Notes under the pieces: generated by a model
Database searches by the model: none
The model's input: only the letters and a program-made list of their open reading frames with translations
Told to the model about the DNA's origin: nothing
Translations under genes and position numbers: made by a program
Shown here: in pieces, positions 13,001-27,567 of the stretch
Layout of the letters: the number at the start of each line of letters is the position of its first letter
Position numbering within the stretch: position 1 is the first letter of the stretch
NCBI RefSeq assembly: GCF_000002075.1
Contig: NW_004797285.1
Location: forward strand, 2,618,134 to 2,682,133
From: Aplysia californica
Lineage: Eukaryota
Length of the DNA: 64,000 bases
Direction: 5' to 3'

Positions 13001-16000
13001 AGTTTGTATCGCACCAATAAAAATGTCCTCTCTTCAGATTAATTACCACATCTTCACACCAGCATATATCTACTCAATAAAAAAATAGATAAATAGATAA
13101 AGAGATGTACTGGAATGCAAAAATGTTAATATGATAAGAAATTGACAGTGAGGTTTATTGCACACGTTGATTTACTTTGGTGTGAGTTTTGGTGTGAGTA
13201 GGAGTCAGCACAGGGATTTTTGGATATATAGGACCATGTGTCTGCTCTGCTCTCCCCTGAGGTGTGCATATTAATGTAGGTTTGCCTATTCCCTGAGGAG
13301 CTAAGTTCTCATGATTCAGGCACACTCTAAAAGTTCTCATTTTGGACTGATTCCAGGATTGATTGAATATGTTTTGCATTTATATTTTTATGCTAGTTTG
13401 TTTAAGTAGTCAACCTAAAAGCACAGATACTGCTGTTGCAGTTAAAGAATACCCAACAAAAATAACAATTGTTTAAAAATAATATATTTAATTCATCTTT
13501 TATTTGTGATTTCAGTTTCTGGAATTTGCCACTGAGAAGCTGGATTTGCCCTTTGCTGCCAGGAGGATATTTTTAGAAGATGGCGTTGAAGTGTTCTCTG
13601 AGGCAAACATACCCCCTGACAGTGATATCTACATATCGATGGGAGAAAAGTTTAAGGATCCTTACAGATCAACAAAAAGTGAGTCAAACTATTTATCTTA
13701 ATTACTGTTTAACCCTCTCAGCCCTTCAAAATGCTCATCCAATCAGTGTCTGTGAACTGAAATAACAACCAGTCGGGTGGGGGGTGTTGGAAGGCTGCCT
13801 AGAACTGACCTTTGTTTCTTCTTTTCAATTATATATCAGTATTTAAAAAATTGATGCTACCTTAGAAATGGATATTACACTCACATGAAAATTTAGACGT
13901 GAAAAGATCCAATTGAAAGATTATATTCCAAAGTGTTGTGACTTTTGATCAGTTTGTGAGCACTTTGGTTCATCATAGGTTGTGGCTAATGATGCTTGCT
14001 TGTCAAATAAAATCACATAAAATCTGAGAAAACTCATTTTTCTTTGCTGAAGCACAAAATGACACCATCTTCCTTGTATATTCAGGAACTTACATGAACT
14101 TCTTTAAATGGCTTAGATTATAATATTTTTGAATGCGGAACAAAATATTAACTGAAATAGATAGCACACTGTTACTTTGTTACCCGTACAAGCTGCCTGT
14201 AACCTGAGGTTGCACATCGGAGGCGATGCAGTAAAATTTGAAAACAAGTCTTTAAATCAGGAGTGCATTTTGCTATGTGGAATAAAATCATGACATTATG
14301 TTGTCAAAAGTTTTTTGTTTTTTGTTTGTAATTATTTTTGGTCTTGTGCAGGGAGTATGATTGCAAGAAACAGTTCTGTGTGGACGTTGACAGGCATAGT
14401 CCTTCCTGAAAAGGGCCGAAAGAAAGGTGTCAAGCCAAGATTGTCCCGAAGAATGAGGTAATGTAGAATTGGTATCTCTCGTTTTGGTCAGGTTAACTTT
14501 TTTTTCGTGTTAGCTGTGAAAAGAAAATATAATGAGACGACAATGATGATATATTGAGGTTTCTTGATTAAGAGTGGAGGTTTGAAAGGCACTTATAATA
14601 TGTACTTATCTATCCCTGTTGTTTTTACTGGTCTGCTTCAGATTTTTTTTTGCCCTAGAACTGTATGACCATTGTCATTTCTAGTAAATGGTAAATTGGA
14701 ATCAATTAGATGTCCATAGGTGGTACTGCACACATGTAGAGTTGTGATTGGCTTCAGTTTGAAGGAGAACTATGGCTACAAATTGTCATTTCTATGTTTT
14801 TGATATTTCTTCAGAGCTCTATGTGAAAGCAGCACAGTGAGAGTTATGGTCTTTAAGAATGGTGATTGCAAAGAGCCCATTGATGTTGTTGCTGATTTGG
14901 AAAACCTGGACTGCGTAAGTTTTCTTTCGTCTCTCAGATCTTTTTCTCCCTCCCAAATGGGAAATGGAATTGGTTTTACTAAGACAGACATTATTAGAAA
15001 TAACTTCACGAGAAGGTGCAAAATTGACTAATTTTATTATTATCTGCATTTGATTACCTCGGAGAAAAGTGAAAAGTTTAGATTATGTCAAGTCCAGCCT
15101 ATGAAATGTTCAGAAAAACGATGTTTAATTTAAAAAATCAGAATAATTGAGAAGTGCATTCAAGCATCTGTGCTGGGTTGCACACATATTTTGTATCTTC
15201 TTTAGTATACCATTTGGACCTCTGTGTCTCCTTTTTCTTTTCTCTGATAACAGGGACCAGTGATCTGCCTTCAAAATGGTCTATATGTGTCTTTTCAGGC
15301 TTTAGCTCATATAAAAACGGAAAGCTCGTTGTTGATTATTTTTGATAGAAGAGGTGTACCACTTTCAAATTTCTAGTAATCCCTCCCCCCCCCCCCCCCC
15401 CCCATTTCCAGTTTCTAGCTGCCAGCACAGCCAAGCTTGGCCTTCAGATTCCTGCAAAGGCTGCCTATGATGTTGAGGGGAACCGTGTGACAAGTCTATC
15501 TAGCGGTAAGCAGTAGTTGATGGCAGTTATTGCATTGCCGTGCTTGTTGTATCTTCACAATTTGTACGCTGGTTATTTATGTAATGTCCAGTTTAAAATC
15601 AGCAGTGGTCTGGTATGATCATAATTTTAAAGACTGTTTTTTCACTTTCGAAACTTAGAGTTTAAGCTTGCAGTTATGATAATAATTTATCCCTCACTGT
15701 CTGATGGCTCAGAATTATTTTATTTTTTTTGCACACAACGCCAATATCTCTATGTTTGGGTTAGATGTTGTCCTGTCGCTGGTAAATTCTCTTCCTATGG
15801 GCATGTGAAGCCAGGAGTGTCAATTTTCTGCCGTTAGCTGTATATGAATATAATGGTAAAAAGTGAGAGCAATCCAAAGACATTAGAATGTTAACCTCTC
15901 CTGGCACCTTTCGTGAGATAGTATAGTGTGTCACTGTTACATGTTGGACTGGCACTAAGATGTAGCTGATAATAGTACAGCGTACAAGGAAGTCACAAAA

Positions 16001-19000
16001 AGGATTCCATACTTTCAAATGTTAGTTAAGTTGATAGGAAGGCCAGCCATTAAGCTCTTCTGACTCTTTTGAACTTAATGTTTTAAAATTTCCTGTTTTG
16101 TACAGCGCCATACCTTTTTGATGAGGATGAGGATGGCCAGAAACTGAAGAACCCAGTGCGGGGGCCATTGTGGGTGTCCACAGGAGGGTACCCGATGCTT
16201 GACGGCATGACAGGATTTTTGAAGAACAAACTGCGGGCTTACAAGGACAACCTCAAGAGACTGACAAAATACAAAGAAGATGTAATTCTTTTCTTCTCTT
16301 TTTATTTTTGCTTAGGATAATAGGTCAAGGTTATTTTGGCCTTTTGTACCCTTGTTCAGTTAGTTTGGTCTGAAGGGTCAGATCAGGCCTGGACGTTAGA
16401 CTGGCCAGTGCACTCTTTTTAAATGGACATTGGCTTGAGTAGAGTGTGAACTGTTTTAGTTATAGTAAGTATTTTACGGCACTTGCAACACAATAAGGTC
16501 ATAATACTCCTGAAGATTAGAGGTATTACAAGAGAGTTACAAACATAAAAAAGAAGGAGGAGAGATAAGGACGATTGATGTTTGATAGGAAAAGAGAAAC
16601 AAACCACACCAGAGCACCTGCCAACCACCCACAATTTGAGCTTCGAGATGAAGATTTTACAGCCAGATTCAACTGTATATTTTTTACTTTGATATCAGAT
16701 TGACAGTGCACTTGACAATGATGAGAATGTGACCGACCCGGAAATTGCCAAACTGAGTGTTGATGAGCTCTATGAGTCCTCTGCTGAGGTTAGTAACTGA
16801 GGCTTGTTTTATGCTTTGGATGAATTAATTTGTATAACTTGAGGGAAAACTTTGTTGATGTCTTGTTATCAGTAATATAGTTTGAAATTGTGAAAATGGA
16901 CAAAACAAAGAGTGAGTCTAAATTCACTGAACTTCCATGGATTGTGTTTTTTACTGAAAATATGCATTCTACCCTGCCTTTTATTGTGTTCCACTTTTCA
17001 AAAGGGGCTTTTTTATGACCGAACGTTTGTTTTAAACTAGAGTAATGTGATGGATAATTCAGTGTTGTGTTTTTCTGTATTTTGCAGGTTGAAGAAGAAA
17101 TTCCCCAATGCAAAGAAAGGATTAGTTTGGTGAAAGAGCAATTGGAAGCCATTACGAAGAAGGTATTGTCTCTGAGTTGATATTTATCTTGAGATGTATG
17201 ATTGTGTTGGGGTGAATCAGTCTGCAGGGAAAAGAAAGAAAATATCAGTATTTGGGATTCCTACTGTGTCAGTATTTTTCTGTTATTGTAACTTTTATCA
17301 CCTCAATGAGCACTATTTGGATCGCTTAGAAAATGCGTTGGGCTACATTTGCCCTGCCTGTAAGCTCTGAACCAAGGAGTGTGAGATACATTTCAGCAGA
17401 AATACAAAGATTTAGTTTAGCTTTCGTAAGAGTTTACGGAACTTGCAATACAAATACGNNNNNNNNNNNNNNNNNNNNNNNNNNNNNNNNNNNNNNNNNN
17501 NNNNNNNNNNNNNNNNNNNNNNNNNNNNNNNNNNNNNNNNNNNNNNNNNNNNNNNNNNNNNNNNNNNNNNNNNNNNNNNNNNNNNNNNNNNNNNNNNNNN
17601 NNNNNNNNNNNNNNNNNNNNNNNNNNNNNNNNNNGAAGGAATAGGGAGAAAGGTATGTTTAGGGAATTAATTTAACTGAGAAGTCGGAGGCAAAATATAA
17701 TTTTTCTAAAGGAGTGTCAGAAAGAAATGAACAAATCTTTGGCAAAGACTGGAGATCACTTTTATTTTTCTCACGAGGCATTGGTGGTCTTTAGCTTAAT
17801 TGTAGAAAGATGTTCAATTTATTTCTCATCATGAATCCTGTGTAGTCTTAAAGTGATCATGTTCTGCTTACAGGAAGAGCATTCTTTTAAAGGAACAAAA
17901 GAAGCGCTCTACAAGATTTATGGAATAAATCTAAAGGTGAGTCTATAGTGATACTACCTGGACAGAAAATGTGCTTCCCCTTTTTGTTAACAGATGTTGT
18001 TTTTACTGCTTTAGATTTTCACTACGTTTTATTTATTTATTTTTTATTTACCTTTATTAGACAAAATGTGTTTTTAAGTCTCTTTTCTAACTTTTTGTGT
18101 TCATTTGTTTTTACCAAGCCAGAGAACTCATAAAGGCAGTAAGTCAGTCTTGCTGATGTCTGTGATTGTTATGGGAATTTCAGAAGAAGTTGGTGTAGTA
18201 AAAAGAGAAAGAGGCACTGAAGTGTATATGAGATATTATAGGATGGCGGAGAGTGAGGGATTGGGGGGAGGGAATATAAAGATAAGTACTTTTGATAATG
18301 AAAAGAATCTTGAGGTGCATCCTGATACTGGCCAATATGCCAGCTGTGACATCCAATAATAAATAGAATTTTTGAAATTGTTAGTGTTGTGATATACTTG
18401 CTTTTAAGCTTTTAAAGTTCTTAAAAGAATGATTTATCTGTTTTTTAAGGTGTTGGAAAATGGAAAACCTGATGGAGAATTCACTCATTTCTTCAACCTG
18501 ACAGAAGCTCGGAAAGGTGGTTTTAGTAAAGAATACTATCTGCAAAAGGTATGTAATTTGGATTAATAAATTATGTTGTGGAAATTAAGTAGGATTTAAT
18601 AATATCCTATGGGCTCAACACCCATATCAGTATTCCTCATTTAGAGAGACATGACTTTCTACTTAATGTCCTCCTTCAGAGGGACTAAGCCAGGTCGATG
18701 GAGAGCCTTTAAAACTCTCCAAACAACCCAAATCCAGTGATATGTCACTGGAGATTTAAACCAGGGCCTTTCACACAGTTGTCCAGCATTGTATCAACCA
18801 GAATTTATGTACTGAAGACCCAGAGTTAACTTTAATTGTGATGGAGAATGTGTGTTTTCAAGTGGCATCTAAGGAATACTTATGTGAAAGTCTGTTTGAT
18901 GGGATCATATGCTTTTCTAAACTATAGAATGTGTATCTGTGAGGCAGCATGGTGAAATTAGGCGCTCGTCAAAATAATAAAATTGAAGAAACTGGCATCT

Positions 19001-22000
19001 TTATAGAATTTTTGTTTTTTAGCTCAGCTCCTTTTATGTCAATTTAAGAACATGATTTCTGTGTGGATTGTACCGAAAACGTTGATTAAAGGCACAAAAA
19101 ATGCAAATTTTCAGTTTCCTTAAACTCTCAAGCATTGAAAATAATCAAACTTTGGCAGACATTTTCTTGCTAATTTTACCTGCGAAACCAGGTGAACCCA
19201 CCTCCAGCAATTGCAAAGATCTCGAATTGTATTCCAGATAAAGGGATACTTTTTCATCGAAAACAAGATAAATAAACAAGCTTTAAGATGATGTCAGTAA
19301 CTCCACATGGCTGAAAATTGACAAGCGCCTGATTCCACTGCATCGTGACATATTTAATTTGAAAGAATTAGGGCTGAAAAGAAATATCTGAAACGAAAAC
19401 ATGGTCATGTTATCAGTGGAGACAGTTTTTATTTTTTTCTCACACAGCTAAATGACAGCTCTTTTTTATTTATAGAAATAATTCTACCTGCTTAAGGAAC
19501 AGTTAAAAGCAATTTTAGTTGCTTGAAAAGATCTCAAACTTCCTAATGAGTCTAATTTTGTTTGTCAATTAAATCTTTTTAGCTGCTTGAAGAGCTCTCC
19601 AACTCAAAGCTGGCCTCAAGTGCCAATCGTACTCTCAGCATCAAGGCCCAGAAACTGTTTGACCAGTTCGGCAATGAGATTAAAGATGTGACAAAGCTCT
19701 CAGATGATCAGCTTGTGTGGATATCTTTTGGAGAACCTTTTATTGAGCCTTTCAGTAAGTTGAAACATTTTCCCCTTCCAGTTTGTTTTAAAACATTTTG
19801 TGCAAGGCAAAGTACATTTTTGGGAAAACTTTACAATGTTTTAGAAAATCTCTCTCAATTACTTTTTCTTTATGAAGTGCCAATTTCAATACAACGATCT
19901 GCAGGTCATAGACTACAATATACATTTACTTCTTTTAAGGGCAGAAAGCTGCTTAATAGTTGCACAGGAAATAGAAAAAGTGGGCAGTCATTTTTGTTGA
20001 GAAAGAACATGGACATGAAAGGTTGAAATTTCACACCAGAGCCTCAATTAGGTTCGAGACCTGATTTAGCAGAAAATATTCGTCCAAGACTGTTGGTTTG
20101 CATTGCTATTTACTGATATTTTCTTCTCCAGCGTCCACAAAACTTTGTTTTCTTGTGTAGATTTGGTCCGAGACCTTTTCAACATTTTCATTCAGCTAAT
20201 TAATCAACTTTTCTGTAATGTTCTCCTCAGCATATTGCCTTCAGGTGTTCCTGGACAAAGCGGTCAAACTGACCGGTCCCAACGGTGAAGACAAATTTGC
20301 CAGAGAAGCACTTATTGGGCCAGAGCAAGAAGAGATGGTGAAAAAGTAGGTCATCTGCTCTTAACTCATCAATGCTTGTGTTGTTATTTGTCTTCAGTGC
20401 CAAAATTTGCTATAAAGAGGAGACATAACATTTGAGGTTAATGTAATGTGAGGATGAAATTCACCAATTGTAACATAATTCTGTTTTGTTTGTGAAAATG
20501 TGAAGTTTTCAAAAAGTAGGCCGACTGTTTTATTTTCTTAGAGTACACTATAAATGATAAAGGAACTACTGAAGTTTATAGTCTGAATCCTGACACCTTA
20601 TATACTCAAATAGAAGTATTGTTGTTAACTCCTTTTCTCAGTGGGGTGTAGACCCACTACGCCAGGACCCTTTTTTGGTACTAAAACTAAAAATGACAAA
20701 AGCATCACTAAACTGGTCATTGAATCAAAACAAGTCAACCTATTTTGATAGTTCTTCATCTAATTAATGAAATCCTAATAAAAGAGACCTGCTTTTCGGA
20801 ATTGCTGAAAAGTAATTTGATGTCGAAATCGTTGTAAAGGAATGTGGATGAGCCACTGCCAACGGCTCACCGACACAGCAGTTCGGACCTCGAGCTGCTG
20901 GGAGTGGCTTTCCAGAAATAAAGAGTTAATGATAGTCTCAAATATAACAAAAATACTGAAGCCAAAAGAGAAGCGTTCAAATGTTGAAAATGTAGCAAAC
21001 TCTTCTCTGCCAGTGGTCTCATTGGTCATAGCAGAAAACTTTGTTTTTCTTTAAGAAAGATTCTCCTCTGTAGATGCATTGTTCATCGTCTGACATTGAC
21101 AGATGAACTATTTTATTATTAGTCTCAAACTTTAACTCTCAACAGTTCTTGGGTTTGGGGCAGTTTTGGTAAAGAGGGTGGACGTAGATTTAAAAATGCT
21201 ATAAATTCTTGTGATGGTCAACACAATAAGTGTTGTATATCAATGGAAAGGTTATTGAGTGGACTTTGGTTTGAAATGATAATTATGTGTGTATGAAGTT
21301 TCATTTGCATGTGTGACCTACTTATTTGGTATCCAAAAATAGAAAAAATGACTTTTTTTTCTCATCTTTACGTTGGCAAAGAGAGAAAAAAAAATTGTTT
21401 TCAAAGAAACTGATTCAATTTCTAGTTTATATCAAGGAACATTCGATTTTACAAAATATACCAAAAATTTAAGTAATTTCAGGCCAATTAGTCGAGATGA
21501 CAGCCATTTGAGTACCCTGACTTGACCTACTTGTTCAAATTTGAAATGAAAATGAATAGTCCGATTGCATAAATAGTATTACATATTTGTGAAGACTCAT
21601 AATGACTGTGGTACTTTACCTAAAAGTAATGCGTATTGGGTAGGTATTGATTTTAGACACAGATCACAGATTACATTTAACTCATTTGCATATTTGACCT
21701 ACTTTTGAGATTTCTATAAATAGAAATATAGAGTATTTCACTAATATTGCTAGAGGAGCCTCCCTTTTTTGGATCTCAGACATTGCAATTCTAGCTTCAT
21801 AGATTTATCTGTCCCCTGGGTCCATAAATATTTTTGTTCTTGCTTTGTTTTTCATATAAAAGAAGGTCATTCAAGATGGCGGACAGATGAGAAGGATTTA
21901 GGTAAAATGCAAAAAAAAATTTCAATTTTTTGGGGGGTAATTCACCACAGTCAAATCTACACTCTATGTACAAGCACCAAAATGAATAAATTAGACAAAA

Positions 22001-25000
22001 ATATGAGATTTATAGCCTTCCAAAACCATCAAACATTTTTGTTCAATTTTTAAAGGAAAGAACTGTTAAGAGTTTAAAAGTTTCAAACCCTTTCTTGACA
22101 AAATGTCAGAGGTATTGCTACTGTCTCCACAGTGCCAGCCATTGGGAAGCAACCATAGGATTCCCTGCTTTGTTTGAGATGGACGAGATGAAGATGTTGG
22201 AGTATGATGAGGAAAAGATCCAATACCTTTTGGATCACTCTGAAGTGGACAGCCGGAGTCACTATCTGTTGTTAAAGGTATTTTGAGTTTTGTATATGTC
22301 ACGGTGTGGTGGAATCGGGCGCTGGTCAATTTTTGGGTATGTGGAGTTATTGGTATCATTTTAAAGCCTCATGTTCATTTGTCTTCCTTTTGGTGAAAAA
22401 AATATCAACCTATCTCGAATAGAAATCGAAATATTTGCAATTGAAGGTCAGGCCGCCTGGTTTCAGAGGTAAAATTAGTGAGAAAATGACCGCCAAAGTT
22501 TGGTAACTTCCATAGCCTGGGAGTCCTTGGAAATAGAAAATTAAAATTTGTTGTGCCTTTAATGTTTTTCAGTAAAATCCAGATGAAAATGTGTTTTTAA
22601 ATGGCCATAAATTAGAAAAAAATTGCTTATCAGCCAAAAAAAAGACGATTTCTTTGATTTCATTATTCTGACGAGTGCCTGATTTCACCTCAATGCCTCA
22701 TATATTTGTTATTGTTGTTGTTATTTATGTATTTGTTGTAATGTCATGGATGGCTGGTATGGGTGCTTTGGTGTGGTTTGCTCCTCCTTTCCTGTCAAAC
22801 ATCTATCATCGATATCTCTTCTCCCTCTTTTTTTTGTTTGTTACTTTCAATTGACATCGCTAATCTTTGGCATATATATATATATATATATTATAAGTGC
22901 TGTAAAACTGTTACTAAAACCAAAACCCTGGAACAATTTGGCTCATACCCTTCAGTCCTGATCTCTATTGTTTCTAAGTACCTCAGCGACAGCATTAATT
23001 GTTTGTTTAGTTATATTATGACCGTCACAGTTTTGTGATATTGCTCAAATGGCTGGGGAAATTGCAGTTTTCTAGCATGAACGATGTTGTGAAACTTTGA
23101 AAGGTATGAAAATAGCCCAAAGTAAAGTGTTTGATTTTTTTTTTCTTTTTCAGGATCTTCATGACTTTGCATTGTACCCTGAACTTGGCTTTGAAGAGAA
23201 AACTCAGGGGAGGAAACAAGTGTTTGTCATTTCAAAGGTAATCAGAACAATAAGGTTTGTTGCATGTTGTTTAGATAGATCATTTTGTAGCTTTCATTTG
23301 TCTTTTACTCTTTAGTTCATTCTTGTTTTGTCAACAGAGTTCTTTGTTTTAAATTTAGTGAATTGTTACACCTACTGAATACAAATAAAGATCATTTGTG
23401 AAGTGTGCTGACAAAATGAGTTACTTCTCAGATTCAAGCCTCAAGGAAATAGACACATCACGCTTATAGGTGAAGTTTTTACAGTTTTTAAGTATGAAAT
23501 AATAAAAGTCAGGTTATAGTTAAAGAACATGGCATCAATTGAAAACCTACAAGTTTGACCCTAATGTCGATTTTTGGCCAATATCTCCATTTGTGGATTG
23601 CGAGAAGTAACTCATTTTGTCAGCACGCCTCACATTTGGAAAACAGATGACATTTATGATATCAACTTTGACTGTAGGCATTCTGCTTGTTAACCTGCTT
23701 GGTGTTGGTAACAAATAGCCAGTTGTGTCGAGAGAAATTATATGATTGCATTTTATTACACTGAAAATTGGTTGAGTGTAGGAAAAAAAACAGGCAAGTA
23801 AAGGCCATAAGCCTACTTAATTTAAGAAAATTTATGACTGATTTAATTGGTCGTGAATGTTTGCAGGGTAGAGATATTTATTTACGACTTTTTTCTGCTT
23901 GTATCTTTTATGTCTTTTAGTTGCTAAGATGAGCTTTTTAACTCTTTTTATGTGGGCTACGAGTATACTAGGAACAGCGATACGGTCACGTCAAGGAAGC
24001 TAGTTCTGCTTGTAATACCAAAATACGCAATGCTAGCTCTGTCTGAATATTTTAATTTTCCTATGAACAGTGGTTTCTTTGTTTTTGATGGGTGTAGAAG
24101 CTTGAAAGATGTCTCGAAAACACACATTCACGACCGATGAAGTACTTTTTGAAGTGGCGCTGGGGGACGTCGTGGGCGCGACAATCAGGGTCAAGTTCGA
24201 GGGTGGAATACACCTCAAAATCTACATTGTGCTATTGGTGTGTTTCCTAACCACCTTCATAATTAAAAACTACATTCAATTTCTAACATAATTGCCAAAT
24301 TTCCTTAAAATCTTAGAGTAAATGTAAGAAATGTAGCACTTTGAACGATATGCACTGACTTCTGACTCATACGGCGCGGCGGCCCCAGGACTGGTACAGA
24401 GTCCGTGGGGGTACAGCTAGGATAAAAAGAGTTAAGATGAACGTAGTCAACAACAAAAATGTGAAAGCATAATAAAGTAAAATCTATTTCCACACTTCAT
24501 TCAGTACAATTGAATACGGAAATTGTTTAAACTTCATATTGAATATTTAAAAAAAATTATGGTAGGCTTGGGGAACTGAAGTTTATCTGTGGGAACTAAT
24601 TACATATTGGCTTAATTTTCTTCCCCCAGTCTGGCCAAATCTACTGCAAGGCGTACCCACAACTGTGTCTGGCTGTGTCAGACACACGCGTGGAGGCTCG
24701 ACTCTTCACCAGGGATGTCAGTGTCACAGGCTATGCTGTTACCCTCCAGAAGAAGATGGTGGGGAACCCGAGTCAGATCTGGAGGTTTTCTGAGACTGAA
24801 GCGGTCATCTCTTGCGATGTAAGTTGGACACCATTGTCAATATTATCTTGTCTCCGTATTAATTTTTGTAGGTGTTAGGTCTGAGTAGCTTAAGATACTT
24901 GAGGTGTCTGATGACAATACGCAATACAACATTCAGCTGTCAATGCTCTTCATTACTGCAACTGGCATTTTCAGCTAATTAGCCATGAACATTGTCATCA

Positions 25001-27533
25001 CAGGGCATTCAGAGGGTCCCACAATACAGAACAAACACTTCTGTCTGTTGTAATGGCACAGTGTCTTCCACTACTAATGCTGCTACGACAACATGACAAT
25101 GACATGTTATTGTTTAGCCGTTCTGTTACTCATTGCATTTTGCTGTATGTGTTGCTGAAAAATTGATATTTCGAACAAACTGAAAAAGGTTGGAATAATA
25201 ATGAAATCCTTAAACTCTAACAGATTTACTTTCTTTTGTGTCACTTCACCATATGGGACTTTTTCTTTTTGTTTAATCTAATTTAGTTATATTTCTATTG
25301 AAAAAAAATAAATACTGGAACTGGCCAAAAAATACTGAAAATATCAAACTTTTTCAGGCTCAGCCAAGCCTCCTGTTGACTTTCCTTGGAAACAAAGCCA
25401 GAGACGAAGAAGGTTACCTGAACAATACCCCTGTCGGTTGCAAAAACGGTGAGAGAGTCTGCCTGTTGGTCACTGAGCCCCTGCCCAGAAAGGATTTATC
25501 CGCTCAAAGGTAAGGATTGTCGGACATACACACTGTTTATACAAAGCATTAGAGCAAATATTTTTCTGAAAGAAACTTCTATTTGAGAAAGGAAACTAAA
25601 TATGTTTAAATAAATCAGCCATGGTCGCAACAGCAACATTTTTTTGCATAGATTTCAGAAGATGCTTTCTTTTAGTATATTTTCTGAATGAAGTGTAATG
25701 CGTGAAGCTCAGACAAAGGTGGTTGAAAAAATAGAAACAAATGTTATGGTATGATTTTGCACCTTTGATAGTCTGAACTTCAGTGGGAAAAGTCTACATT
25801 TTATGTTAAAATAATAAGAGTGAAATAGGGTCGGTTGGAGTTTGGAAGATGGAATGGGTCTGGAATTGTTGGGTCTCGCTTAAATTACATTTTTATCTAA
25901 TGCATCTGAAAATTAAATTCCTTGTTATTTGTGTTTCTGCATGCTATTTGTTTTATATTAATTTCTTTTCATAAGCTGTGCCTTTAATATTTTTTAAAAA
26001 TAACCATTTTTGTAGGTTCGCCTTCAAGCAAGAGAAATTTGAAAATTTGGGGCAGTGGAAATTCACTCACTCCTCCAACCCTGAGTGGAACAAGCAGGCA
26101 TACTCTTGGCCAGTTACAACAGATGGACAGTTGAATGAGGTGAACAAATCTGTTAAACTTGAAAACTGAATAATCTAAAAGAAGCTAATGTCATGGTTCA
26201 TCCTGTTTTGTATTGGCTCCTCAAAAAACAGTAAATTATTTTGTTTCCTTTACTGTGAAGAGAGAAGTGAATCGTTTGAAAATTTAAGATTGTAACTCTT
26301 GCTTTTCAAATTTTGTTAATTAACCCTTTTTGAAATTCTATGCCCTGATTAGGAGTATGACTGGCCGATGGAGGGTTACCTGATACCTAATGCACCCCCA
26401 CTACACAAGGCAGGGAAAAGAATGAGCATGTCAGGAAGTAAGTCTTATATTGTCCGTAGCTTGTTGTAACGTTAACAAGTTCACAACATTTGTTGTGTAT
26501 TTACAGCTGTGTGATAAAAAATTGCTGTTTTGGTGGGCACTTTGGTATATCCGTCTTCTTATTTTCCGTATCAAATTTATCCTAGTTAATCCTGGGGATA
26601 GACATCCATTAGCATGCTGACTTGCCATGCACTACAATTCTCAAAAATAACATCAAACACTGCAACATTAATAAGTACAACAGCAGTGACTGCTACAATA
26701 GCAATAGAATTAGCAACAACAAAAACTTTTCGCCGTCCTGTTTTTAATTAAATGCTGTCGAAGCAATTTTTTTCTTTTCGGTGCAGCTAATTTCTCAGCT
26801 TTCTTTGGATTATTCTTCAGTATACTGAGAAAATGTTACAAAATTCATTTGCTTGTTATATATGTTTGTTTACATGATCTTTCAGAGCACTGATTTTTTA
26901 AAGTTTCTTCACACATTTGTGTGTTTTTAATGTTTTTCACTAATAGGCTTACAGACAATCTAAGTATATTTTCCTCTTTCTTCTCAGACTTTTTAGTCAA
27001 TGTCACTATTGTCCCAGGCATTTTTTTTTTTGCTTTGTTCTTTAATTGAGTTTTACTCCCATTTAGACACAATGTGGGTCATTTTGAAGGTCCCATAGTT
27101 AGCGCTCTGTGTTAAAATGAAATTTGTCAGAAAGGATGAGAAAAATAATTGAAATTCCCCTCAAATTTGGAACTCAAACTTCCATAGTGCATGTCATGTC
27201 CATAATCTTTTATGAGAAAAAGGACAGCTTTTGAAAAATTCTGTGGCATGAGATGTACCATAACTAAACCAATATATAAACCTGTAATACCAAAGTAGAC
27301 GATGACTTATGTATTATGTTTTAGCGAAATCTAAATGCCAAATTTTATTGTTTTCAGTGACCCCAGTGAGACTAAGAGTCCTTAAAAATGGAGAAAGAAG
27401 TCCAGAGGATGCCATTAGTGTTGTTGGCCCCAACTTGACCAAAGTGAGTGGGTTTTCTGTTTGGAAATTTGGGGGTATTTTTTTTTGGTGTGTGTGTGAG
27501 AATTTGTTATCCAACAACAACAACAACAACAGC

Positions 27534-27567
<34 letters not shown>

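Noticed and set aside
21170-22050. Possible DNA transposon remnant
   Set aside because: Could not define TIRs or a TSD
23809-24569. CpG-rich intronic segment with AAGCCTAC/GTAGGCTT ends
   Set aside because: Probably a TE, but the TIR is too short and there is no TSD or coding signal
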